Below the pieces are notes generated by a model. The model saw nothing but the letters and a program-made list of their open reading frames with translations. It did not search any database and was not told the origin of the DNA. A stretch of 62,894 nt of DNA, counting the filler, from Sphacelaria rigidula (Eukaryota), in assembly GCA_964200075.2 (NCBI GenBank). It is 6 parts of 6 records of this genome, joined end to end, with 100 filler letters (N's around TTAATTAATTAA, not from the genome) between each part and the next. Parts side by side here need not be neighbours in the genome. Positions count along the whole stretch, not along the records: positions 1 to 10,399 come from CAXNAA020006569.1; positions 10,500 to 20,898 come from CAXNAA020006570.1; 4 more parts are not named here. The stretch is one strand, 5' to 3'. Made by a program: the position numbers and the translations under genes. Positions 1-12,232 of this stretch are shown here, piece after piece (the stretch's first letter is position 1; every line of letters starts with the position of its first letter).

Positions 1-115
1 GATGCGTGGTAAATGGTCAAATGACTAAGGCAAGCAACAAATGAGTACGCCCCCCCCCCTCCCCCTCCCCTCCTTTTGAGGGTAGGCGTCGGTTTGCAAA
101 GATGCTGTAAAACAT

Positions 116-590
116 GCCACTCACTGCGTAAGCTAGGTAACCAGGTTACCGGGAGGGCTTCCACTTGCGTTTTTTTGCGGTAACCATGATGATGGTGGAG
201 GTTAATCATATTGTGTGGGGTGGAGAACCCGAACTCCGCTCAAAGGGGATGACCGTAACACGTAGTATTTATATGATGAAAGAGACCCATGAGGCAGTGT
301 GTAACCCGTGGCTGTCTCTGGAAGTCACGATACCAGAAAATGAAGCAACTAATTGTATAAATGAACGTCACCCGTGTTTAAGATAATCAGTACGCTTCGG
401 GCCGAACAATCTTAGCAGGATGCAGCTCACCCTTCATGCAACTCGCCGAACACCTGACGGCGCTTCACGCTTGACGACTGCGAGCCTGGTCCGGCGAAGA
501 CCCGACGTGCTTCGTCCTAGCTTCGTAGGGGTGCGAGGTCAATGATCTTATGACTCCGGCATGCAAGATCATGTGATTCCCCCCCTCCGC
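116..590. repeat. Dispersed intronic repeat (~470 bp); second copy at ~57224-57655
   Basis: Colinear shared blocks with 57224-57655: ctcactgcgtaagctagg(t/c)aaccaggttaccggg, ggtaaccatgatg, gcttcgggccgaacaatct, gcgagcctggtccggcgaa. Both copies lie in or next to introns. Confidence 0.85.
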
Positions 591-735
591 CCCCGCACGC
601 GCTCAACAGACGGAGTGATCGTTGATAAGAATACGGGATAAATGTGACTCACAAGCATCGGGGTTGCTTGCCATAAAGAACGTGGGAGATGAAAACATCT
701 GAAACCCCAGAGTAATCTACCTCGACCTCTTGCAG

Positions 736-3700
736 GGCACAGTGACGCAGCGCTATCCGATGTCGGGGTTCTATGCCAGCAAGCTACCGGATGTGGCTTC
801 CGTGGGCGGAGCTCATAACGACACTATGCGCAAGCTGTATCCAACCCATGAGGATAGAGTGAAGGTACTTAACTCGAACATCTTGTTCGCACTCACGGGA
901 GACATCGCAGAGGTACGCCATCATCGCCCACGTCATCCCATGCTCGCAGTAGGCTATGTATAGCTAGCATGCATAGATGCGAACTTTTGGTGTACCATTG
1001 AGGACTTCCAGCAGGGTATTCACTGTAGGACGAAGCCAGCCGCTAGTATTCGATGGGAGGAACGGCTACAGCTGCCGCGCCTTGCTTGGATGCCAGTTGT
1101 GCAGCCTAAACCTGCAGCGGTTGCTGTACAGCTTAGGTGATTTCGGTGGAGAGTTGGCTCAGGCGAAAGTTGTGCCAGCCCCACTGTCGCTCAGGAAAAC
1201 GGGAAGTTTGGTTCGACTCGCACGAAATATTCACATGTCCTGGTGCCACAAGACCCTCATCAACTGGTTGTGTCGCTGATAACGGTCTCGGCAGGAAGAG
1301 GAGAGTCACGACCCTACACTGGCCGGTGGTGGAGAAACGTATGGGCGCTTCAAGTCGTGTCTGAGCGCTCCCAATTACAACGCCCTATCCAACATCAATA
1401 GGTAATACTACTTGTTCGACGTGTGCACGGGCGATCCTGAGAGGTTTAGACAGCGATTTTACTGTTTTGACATTTCAAGCATCGGGCGGGTTGTGTAGCC
1501 CACAGACACTGGCCCTTTTTCGATGAGTATAATGTAGCTGTTATCTGGATAGCGCTGGTGCTTGGCGGCTGAAATAGCATGGAGGTCATTGCGTCCGTGC
1601 GGAGGCATTACCACCTACAGTCTCTTGGATTGTTTTTTCCTTGAATGATTCCCATAAGCTACGCCGATGCGCGTGTCCGGTACAAAAACAAAGTATTTAA
1701 TCAACTATAATGTCAGCGCGAAACAAAAGACGAGCTGTGTACAAAAACTTTACGTGATTCAAGTTCGATGAGCCCTACAAAACGGTTGGATAGGTGCCGG
1801 GATACTACTCTAGGTACCAGCACCACTTGTTGACGCGATTCAAGGATTATCGTTGCTGACCACTTTTTTTTCAATACTGTGTACGCACCCTTTTTGCCGG
1901 GTACAGTGCCGGAAAATGGTACACCTCGCTGGAACAACCTCACGATGAGATGCATCTTGCGGTTGGGGGCCAAGACCAGAGACGGAACAAGAAGAGCGGA
2001 AGTAAGTACGACAAGGGCGGATCCAACTCGGGTGCCAAGGACGTGGAGGAGGGACGTCACAAATCCGTGAGATTATTAAAACGCGATTTTGTGCGTTTCA
2101 TTGTAACGTTTTTTTATGCAAGCAATTTTTACGTGTTGCTGTCTTTCCCGTTCTCTCTAGCCGTGCTGACGGCTCAAAGATTTGTGATGCATCAAAGCTG
2201 TGCGGGTCAACACCATTATTTTGCCTCTAGGTGAGTTTGACTACAAGACAATATGCAGCTGACGTCGTGGCCTGGTACTCGATTGGTGGAGTTTGCTTAC
2301 GCCCCTTCCTGCTCGGTCGTTGCCTCTGTCGCACTACAGATCCCAGGTTCACACGGCGACATGGGAGAGAACGAGACAGCGGCTTTCGATCCAATCTTCT
2401 TCTTTCACCACTGCAACATCGATCGCATGTTTTGGTGAGCAGTATTTTGTTGACACTTGCCTAAACAAGTGGCGTCCTAGAGCTTGCATTTCGGTGACAC
2501 GCGGAACTATCAGAAAGCCCAGAGCACCCAAGGGCCGTCCCATACTACGCCGTCAATGGTCTTATGACTATGGTAGGCATGATCATGAGTACACCCATAC
2601 TACGCCGTGATGGCAGTTCATACGCCACTTCGTAATGGCCTTCGGGCACCGGCGTAACCGTTTGAACTCTAGAACACCTGGACTCTAGACACGTGCGACC
2701 ATGCCTGCCTTGTTGTTGTCAGGTGTCACCTTGACTGACCGGAGCACATGCCAGTGCACTCTCTACGCATCCACATCGGCGTTGCTCATCCAGGAGGTAC
2801 TATCGTTGGTGTACACATCTTTGTCGCGACTTTATTCAGGGTATGGCAGAAGAAATGGGGGAAAAAGGATGAAGGGTCCCTGGAGATCGACCCCGCGGAC
2901 CTAGAAGGAACCTTCGGACAGAACCCCAAGGGGCAAGGCGGGACGCGCACTATTCCGGGGACGACAAGGCTGACAATGGACACACCCCTGTAAGCAACGG
3001 AGATATACGGTGCGAGGATGCGTAGGCATCACATGCGAATATTCATCATTGCTGCATTTTGAGCAGATCACGGCGAACGCAGTGATGAAGCAAAACGTCC
3101 GTCGCTTTCCCTGAGGCGAGAGTAGAGTATCGCGGCCCTTGAACACGAGCAATCGGACGATGGAAGACTCGGTGTTCGATGCCGATCGGTCGCAGGAGGA
3201 ATGATCACGTTTTGTGTTATCATGTGTTCCCTAAACGTTGAGCTGACTGCGTTGCTCTCGGCTTGTCGCACGTTGCGTTTTGCCCGATTGACTCCATGAT
3301 CAATATCCGAGCATATCCAGGCACCCATTTCGATCTCCGACGACGGGAGAATTCTACACATCGAGAGATGTAGTTGATCTCGAACTTCAACTCGGCAGGA
3401 GCTACAGCTTGGGCTCACTCGACCAGGTGAATGTACACAAAACGCCCATCTAATCATTGAGATAACGGCAGCACAACGGCGTTTCATAGGGGATGAGCAC
3501 ATGGCGGGCAGGTACCTACTATAATATTTGGAACAGGTACAGAGACACGAAATACTGATCGCTCCGAACTCCCCGGCAGAGCTTTTCTCGTGGTTTTCGC
3601 GACGAGTAGACGATCAAGTCGAAAGTGCTGTGCATACGGCATTGGTGATGATTCAGCCCTCAACACGCTGCATATACCCAGGATGCATATATAGGACCCT

Positions 3701-5456
3701 TCGAATCTGTAGTTATCACTTCTGACATCGCTGCTGACGCTGTTGCTCCAAATTGCTCATCAGGTGGAGTGGCCGCAGGAGGTGGGCGAACAACCGAGGC
3801 CGGAGCTAATCTTTAGCGTGATTAACATCAACAAGGCTGCCTTCGTCGGTTCGTTCAAGGTCATCCTCTTCCATCAGGTACGCCCGCTCGAGGTCTTTTT
3901 GGTTTCGTAGGGCAGCGGTTATCTCGTGGGTTATACGAGTGAGTACTGTACCGCAAAGCCCAAGACGTACATGATAAAGCATTATGCTAATGTTGGACTA
4001 CCATGCGCAAAGACGGATTTCATGTCCATGTCAGTTGCGCCTGTTACGTCGCTATCGCTGGACAGGTTGAGACCTTTTTGTTCGATTTGTGTAGGAAACC
4101 TCGTAGCTTTATGTATGTGATGACACATGCCCTGACAAGGTCGGCGTAATTCAGGCATGTATCACTCCGGCATGATGCTCGGTCCTGCCGGCGTGCTACA
4201 TGCTGAGCGCTGTCCCCATTCATGAATGAATGTCAGATGCCATCAGTGCAATTCGTCATAGACCGGTCTATGACGCCATCCCTATTCCCCTTCCCCACCT
4301 ACAGGATCCTGTCAGCCGAACTCTGTCTCTCGTGGGGAGCGTAAGTGTCCTCAGCCGATGGAATCTCAAGAGGTCAGTCGATCCGCCGCGACGCTGCTAC
4401 GTTGTGAACCGACTGTGCTGCTGTGGTGTAACCTCTCCACCATGATGCATGGTATGCTCTGTCTGGTCCTGGTGAACTTTATCATGTGCAGAAACACCTG
4501 AAAATCATCGACTTGAGATGTCCCTGGTGTCACCTCGGATACCATCACATCTCTCCACGCGCGACACGATCCACACTAACCTCCACTCGCTCAAGTTGCA
4601 CGCCGACGTCGCGCCTCTGCGTTGCCCGTCTTTCGTTGGCCACGACTTATGGTAGATGCAGGAACTGCCAGATCCATCTACAACGAGACGCGCACGTGGA
4701 TCTCACGGCGCTGAAGGAGGAACTAGCCCCGGAGGACGTTACCAAGCACACCTATGTCGTACACTTCGTCGATCGTAGCACCTCGTATGTGAGTCACGAT
4801 GCACTTCTGTAATCAGTCTGATGCGCGTTGTCAATTTGTTGAATTTGTCTCTATTCGCAGTTTACCGCTGTGCGATAAGCGATATAGATTAGCCCTCCCA
4901 AGCTGTTCCTGGAATCATGGGCGACACAGCACTTGCTAGACACGATGTACCAATTGGTTAGCCGAACTCGTACCCCGCCAAGTTTGACCGAGGTACGTCC
5001 AGAGCCAAACTACAGGTGTTCGCATTTGAGACACATACTAAAGTAGTATGCGGTTTTCTTCATACCGAAAAGCGCCACGTAGCAAGTGCAACAACTCTGC
5101 ACTTGTGCACCATGATAATCACGCTTCAGACGGGTGAACCGAAATCTCGAGCCTGCAGACCCTGAAAACTACGTCTGATATATGCTGTAAGGCGCGTATG
5201 CGGGAGCCGCATCAGGGTAGTCTGTGATCCTGTTGCAGAGGTGCGCAATTGTGCACTCGCGTAGCGTCGTGTGAACTCTATGGCACTCTCTTCACCTTCG
5301 CTTTCTCAGCGGATTGTCACGCTCGCTCTTCACGGTTGTTAACTCCAGGAGACTCCAGTGGCGGCCAGCGGAAAATTCGAAAAAGGAGAGTGGAGTGTAT
5401 TGACGGGGTGCGACAAGATAAAAGGGGTATACATTGATTTGGACAGTAATGATTAG
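736..5456 (+). CDS. Tyrosinase (type-3 copper), MelB/fungal-type with C-terminal CxxC domain; 5'-partial
   Basis: Phase-compatible GT-AG exons: 736-912, 1295-1401, 1907-2066, 2340-2434, 2840-2989, 3321-3426, 3764-3877, 4305-4372, 4656-4788, 5349-5456 (TAG). Spliced product has the CuB motifs [15 protein letters not shown] and [30 protein letters not shown], then DTPLHPF...YTSRDVVD and [18 protein letters not shown]. CuA exons are not in the segment. The last exon is least certain. Confidence 0.92.
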
Positions 5457-8400
5457 CTGGGAAGAAGTCACCCTAGACGTCGGCAACACCACGCCGCAAG
5501 TTATGTATTGGTGCGGACGGCTATGCAGCAGATTTCGTGCCCTCCCAAGGACGTGCCGCGCGAGACAGGGTGGCTGGCCGAAAGACAGTCGAAACGAGTG
5601 ACTGTAACCTGATGCCGCATCCTCTGTACCACACCCGCGATAGATCCGCAGCCCCATCTCCGCACTGTGGTGCGATTTGCGTGAGCCCGGTATTTTTTTC
5701 GGCACCCTCTCTTCTCAAAATACACGGGGGGTGTGATTGTAAAGGGGAGGGGCGCTTCTTTTTCCCCCGGGGGTCCATGGAGAGCGAGCATGTTGGCGTT
5801 CGAGATACTGATGGTTCAAACTCCCCCTATGAACCTGCCCTCGCCTTTCGTGTATATGTATAATCTATTTCTGGTGGTACCGGTGCTTACGTAACGCCTC
5901 TACTGGACTACGGTCAGTTGTGTGGCACACGATACGTGGCAGCATCATGGCTTGGGAGAGAATACGGTATACTGTACTGTACTGTACAGATACGTTCCCA
6001 TGACGGAGCAGTACCATGGTACACAGTAGTAAAGGCCCGCTGTTGGCAAATCTCGAGTGAAGAAATCGAGACCGAGTTTTTTTTTCAACATGCCCGAAGT
6101 CGGGATTACGTGGTCAGGAATGGGCTGGAGTGCTGGCCGCGCACTAATTCGTTTATATTAGACGTAAGATATCCATATCGCGCAATGCTATCTCACACAA
6201 GATTTTGAGCCTCGCGTGACGTAGGCGTTTCTCATCAGCGAGCTGGTACTGCGACAGGTCACACGGTACATGGTAATATGGACGTGTGCCTCCGCGTACA
6301 TAGCGCGAGGGTGTCCTCGTTCGATTTCAAGCCCCCCTTTTTCAAGGGCTATTTTCACATTCCCCCCCCTCCCCCCCCCCCCCCCCCCCCCCCCCCGCGC
6401 CCCCCCCCCCCCCCCCCCCCGGCAGGGGGCCAAGACGAGATGAACACAGGGAGAGGGNNNNNNNNNNCGTCACTCGCCCCGGGGGTTCCGTCTTCCGTTT
6501 CCATCCCCCCTTTTTTCCGGGGGCTTTTCCCAATCCCCCCCCCCCCCCCCCCCCCCCCCCTTCCGTCGTGGGCCGCTCTAACACCCGGTGCCAGGGTTAA
6601 GGGCAACATGTATAGAGACAGAGACGTACTGGCATAGGTAGCTACGTGAAAAGCGTCAAAATATGGAAGAGGTCAAATGAAGAAGGACGATGAAAGGATG
6701 AACGATTGATTGTCTGCAGTACATTTTCGAGGGCGTTAGGGTACAAAAATTGTAGGGTAGACGTGAAGGGCATGTGATACGTGTTGGTCTTGTATAGTCT
6801 GTTTGCGTGGTGAGCGAGGGTGGCTAGGGCATCACAGCCGAGAAGGCGTTTTTGGTACTTTTATGGATGAATGTTTTCGATACATGTTCTGGCTTTTCAA
6901 GGGTGGATGAGGCGGGAATGTGGTAGTATTTTCTGTCTTGGCATACCGTCAATAATATATGCTACCACTGTAAACGAAAATACACAACAAATAGCTTTTT
7001 TTTTTGTAATTTGCACCAAGAGGTTGCCACAACTTACTGCGAGATAGTGTTGCGGTGTTGTGATCGGTGTGGTGCTGGCGATCGACCGTGTCGCGGGGGA
7101 CGAAACTCTAAGGCTGGAGTAGTGGTGTGAAGTGATGAGGAAGCAATCGTTTTTTTCCCCCCCGGCGCTTCGTGAGGTGTGATTAACTGACAAACGGTGA
7201 AGTCAGGGCCAAACGAGTTTTGCTGATTTTTATCTCACAAGTGCAAGCTAATGGTTGACGTGGGTCGGGGGTGAAATCGTGACATGGCGGGGGAAACCCT
7301 TGGCTGTAGGCGGAGTCATTAGAAGGGAGATTTCGAAGTTGGATTTTGGTGCAATGTGTACAGGTGTTTTGGTGGTGAGTCACTGGTGGCGATACATACC
7401 ACTCACATGACGTACGATTTTGCGGTGTATTATGTATTGATCGCAACGAAGTATGCTAACGGGGAGAGTATTGATCGGACACTATGCGAGTAAGGCGGGT
7501 TGACACAGTGCCACGGAGCGGTGGCGCAATTTTTTATGAAGCGGAGGAAGGATTGTTGCGGTGTAATTGATGAGCTGGTTGAGTGAAGGCCTGGAGACGT
7601 GGTGATGACTCTCGGGGGACACGCGCGCTGCTGCACACCACACTAAGCGGGGGAAAACATTTCGACATGTCGATGGTCCGTGAAGAATACAAATTTAGTC
7701 ACGACGGAAGAAGGGACCGAGTCGGGTCTGGGATACGTTGGAAGGGGCACATACAGGCGCGCTCGTTGCCAACAAATTGCACGCATTGACGTATTTTTCA
7801 GAACGCAGAATTAGTCGGTCTTTCACCGGACGCGTAAAAAGACTAGGGCGGTGGGTGAAATACAGCCTTCAGATTCTAGCAATAAAAATAGCACGCCTTG
7901 CCTCGGGAGCGTTTAAAACGAATTGATGACAAGGCACCGGAAAAGATAGAAGGAGGTGGCAAAGAAGAACGGTGGAAGGCGGTTGAACAGCCATGGATAT
8001 ACCCACCTGGTGATGAAGGTATGGATTTTCGAGTTTTTTTAGGTTGGGTGTCAGGATTATCGTAGAGATATTGATTGTGCAAGCCGCCGTCCGCCGGCGG
8101 TCTGGCTGGTACGGCTTGACACCGGTTGGGGCGGAGTTAAGAGGTTGAAGCACAGGGAGAAATTCTGTAGAGGAGAATCTGATGTACGTCGTTGAAGCGT
8201 GGGGACGTGAGTCACGACAAAAATATGAGGGAAACAGTCGACGCGGTGAGGGAGTCATGATCCAATGCCCCGATACATATCGAAATGTGAAACCTGTACG
8301 GGAGGAGAGACGGGTTGATCGCTTGAGGGTACTGGACGAAAAAAGCTGCGCAAGAGAGATTGTCAATTTGTCTGGTTGACAAGTGTCCACGATGCGTGGA

Positions 8401-10399
8401 CGACTCATGCACGACAAGAAATCATCAGTGTGCGTCCAGTTGACGAGAGGTCAGAATATATATGTTGACTTTTGCTCTTGGTGGGGAAGTAAAACATACC
8501 TCCCCCGACGAATTTGAAGTCAGAACCTGCTTCGCGTAGTGTACGGTGAATTTGCTGCCCTATCTCTCCATTGCGCGCATTACACTACCCCCTTTAGCGA
8601 CCCGGCCAAGTAGGCCATTCATATACTGAGAGACGAGACAAATTGGCACGCTGTTTTCTGACTGACGAACGAAGGGAAAAGATCCGGAATCTGATTGCCA
8701 AAAATACCATACCATTATCAACATTGAACCCACTTTGACTTCATAGTCGTGCTGGGCGGTAGGGATGTACGTCTCTCTCCAAAACTTACGTCTGAGGTGT
8801 TCTCACGTCGTGAAGCAAGACAATGACATTTTGCACAATTTGTGCTCGCCAGAGGATCACCTCACGTTCAGACGCAAGTTCGCCCGAAGTTCACTTGTGC
8901 GAGTGCATGAGAGTTTGTTTTTATTTAACTCCAGTACGCCGGCCCAGAGAATTTGTGTGCACCCCTACTACCGTGGCACGACTATTCATCCTTTACACCC
9001 GTTTTACTTTCTGCTATTCTCCCTCTCTCCATGGTCTTGTCCCCCGAGTTGTATATCTACCACACATGAGAATGTAAGTGTTCCCGTTGCCTCATTGTAT
9101 TCCTTGCCCCGGTTGAAGCTCTGTGGCAACTGTATCGACAGATACAGCGAAGCCGCCCCCGAATCCCTCAGTTTCCCTGGACATTTTCCCCGACTGCCTC
9201 GCTCCGCCATCAGCCCTCTCTTGAATGACACCAGGTGAAGTATATCTGCCGCTGCCGCTTTCGTGCATCCCCCATGTGACCCGTGTGCATTGCACATTCG
9301 CGCAGGTCCAACCCTTTTTTTGAACTATTTTCCTCAACAAAAGTACCGCCTGAATAGGCGTCCAAACCTTCCATAGACCCCTTGAACCGTAAGTGGCCAG
9401 TGGTGTATGCGCGTCGAGTTCGGGATATTGTGGCATCAGCTCTTCCGTCATTTCCAATCCGCCTACCTGGACACGTGGCAATCTGTCAATATTGAGACAT
9501 GCCGGCGTTGGAGAAAGGACAGGACAGCGTGTGCTGGCAGCGCACACTACATGGCAGAACTTATGCTGACTGCTACCATGAGCAAAGCTAGAGAGGGCTG
9601 GATTGAGCCATGCACGCAAAAAATGACCGCTATGCAGTCCGCAGACGATGACATTGACTCATTCCAAACGAGAGCGGACAGACTGGGTACGATGATGTAC
9701 TGTACATTATTACAGTATTTCATGATATATTTCGTATCCAGTTTGCTTCAAAGCGAGACGAGAAATACTGGATATAACGTGCTCCACACAAACACAGTCA
9801 ATTCTAGCACGTGAGGAGTTGGCGTGAAGCGAGGATAAAAAGTGGATCGTGCACTAGACTCGCGACAAAATCCAAAATCGTGACGAACGCAGATCGACAC
9901 ACTTAACAGAGGAGTTCCGTGCTGGCACCGCAGCGACACATGCGCGTGGCTGGCCATAACTAACGTTCTTAGAGTCGACTGATAATATAGCAGGTCTGCA
10001 GCACATGCTCATGACTGGTAAGCCCTCGTTGTGGTACGCCATTTTGGATGTAAAGAGGGCTAATTTTTCACATCACCCATATATATGAGACAAGCTCGTG
10101 CAAATACCTGTGGGGATGATCGACCATGTAAAGAAGGCCTTTGAACCGAGTATCGTACAAGGATTGTAGGCAGCAGAGCTCACTGCTGACATGACAGCAG
10201 CGGTGCAAGGCAAGTGCCAAGATCGGAGAATCGTTCGTGTCGCTGTAATGTCTGCTGGTACAACTTAGCACCGATGTTTGCGGCCAAAGAACGCAAGTGA
10301 ACCCGACAAATGTCAAGACAAAAGAGCACTAAACAGCCGATTCTCGAAAATGGGGTTGAAAAAAAAATGAGGTTCAACTCAAAAGTCGTGCTTTCCCTG

Positions 10400-10499
10400 N
10401 NNNNNNNNNNNNNNNNNNNNNNNNNNNNNNNNNNNNNNNNNNNTTAATTAATTAANNNNNNNNNNNNNNNNNNNNNNNNNNNNNNNNNNNNNNNNNNNN
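10400..10499. other. Artificial linker (44N + TTAATTAATTAA + 44N)
   Basis: Six-frame stop linker. The identical structure recurs every 10,499 nt. Confidence 0.98.
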
Positions 10500-11722
10500 C
10501 GCGCTTGAAACATCCGAGCCGTTTCTGTTTGAAGTAGAGCCCGCGGCAGCTGTAGTTTGAATGTCCCTTCTGATGGTCCCAGCAGGGATCTGATGCATCG
10601 ACGGGAAGTACTGGCACCCTTTCCCTCAGATGAGATTTGTAACAACTGTGTGGGTATTTGGTGAACATCGCTCGGACGGAAGCCTCAGCGTGAGGATTAG
10701 ACCCCAGAGGGAGTCCGGAAATAACGGGTTGTTTTCTTGGAAAGCAGTCGTTCATTGTAACAGGTGTAAAGCATTCAGGCAAGGACATTTCGATTTTTAA
10801 CAGGGAAAGGTGTACTACGATACCCCCCGAATACTGGTCTACATGCTTCGTTCCGAGCGATGTTCACCAAATACCCACACAGTTGTCACAAATCTCATCT
10901 GAGGGAAAGGGTGCCAGCACTTCCCGTCGATGCATCAGATCCCTGCTGGGACCATCAGAAGGGACATTCAAACTACAGCTGCCGCGGGCTCTACTTCAAA
11001 CAGAAACGGCTCGGATGTTTCAAGCGCGTTGCACTACAGTAGACTAAGTATTGCTCAACAGCCCACCGCGAAACCGGTTCGTCACACAGCCACGGCGGAG
11101 GTGGTCATACAAGGCGTGATAGCTGGTTCAGACTGGACGAAGCGCCTCGCATGGGCACTACTGGCGAAACAACCCCAGGCGTGGGACTAACCCTTACCCC
11201 TGTTGTGTGTGTCTGCAGCTTTATTGTGGGGCACCCATTTGATCCAACTGACCACTGTACGGTAGTGATCCTGTCGTCTTGTGATGGCATATCTCAGCAG
11301 ACTGCTGAATGATGCTGCGTTTCAAAGATCGTTGGCGTTTGCCGCCGCATTGGATCGTTTCGCTGACGACGGTCACCGCCGGCGCAACAGTATGAAGTAT
11401 CTCTCAGATACTCAACAAGGAGCGCTCGGAAACGCGATGACTAGTCCAAAAAAGTATGTTTTCAGCATGCTTTGTCACGTGTTCCGTAGCGCTTAGACGC
11501 AAGGGTTGCTCAAACGATGAGGCACAATGAATGACGGCGGCTTTTCTGTTAGACGGCTCACCGTCATGTTTTCGCTGCCGTGCAGAAACTTCTGCGTTAG
11601 GGGCACATGGTCGAAAGCGGTTGCGAATCCCAAGCCTTTTGAACAAAGTAAATGAGACTTCGCTGGTCCGTTGAACCTCCATTAAATGTTGAACCTCAAA
11701 AACGAATCCAGGCTGTTTACAG
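10500..11722. mobile_element. Foldback/palindromic repeat element, truncated at segment start
   Basis: Arms 10500-10676 and 10852-11028 are inverted repeats (177 bp, 2 mismatches) around a 175-bp spacer. 10852-11722 is the reverse complement of ~33043-33875 and the spacer matches ~33880-34050. Confidence 0.8.
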
Positions 11723-12232
11723 CTGTCTCAGAAGTGAGAAGTTCCTTCCATATCCGCCCACCCCATCTAAAACACTCCATTACCGAAGTGTTTGCGTCCC
11801 ACATTGAGGGGACCAAGCTGGAGAGTGACACCCACATTCCACCTGCTTGTCAATAAGTCTCCGTCGTTTCAGGGTATGATGAAGGTCAGTGGCATGACAA
11901 GATATCACGATGTGCGGGTCTATTCATAGACCCTGGGTTCCGTGACGCGTTGTTACCGCGTTTGTTATTGTTATTGGCTAGAATGTTTCCGGCGTAGCCG
12001 CATGCCCCCGACCCATCCTCGACCAGTTGCTGGCTTTGCCTTGGTCGCTGACCTAGCTCTGCTACTCTGGATCATCACTACGCTCTGCTCCTACGGCTTC
12101 GCCGTGGCTGTACAGAGTAAGAGAGCTGCTTCTAGATATACCATGATGCTATCAAACACGTGAGTTCCCAATCAGCACTTACATGAAAAGAACCTGTATG
12201 TGTGTGTACCGGTATTGTGTTCATATTTGTAG

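Noticed and set aside
6330..6565. Poly-Pro/poly-Gly ORFs around a 10-N gap
   Set aside because: They derive from poly-C runs flanking an assembly gap. This is low-quality homopolymer sequence with no splice or domain support.
11942..12232. Possible LTR next to the gag-like ORF
   Set aside because: No second copy, PBS or polypurine tract could be identified in the segment.
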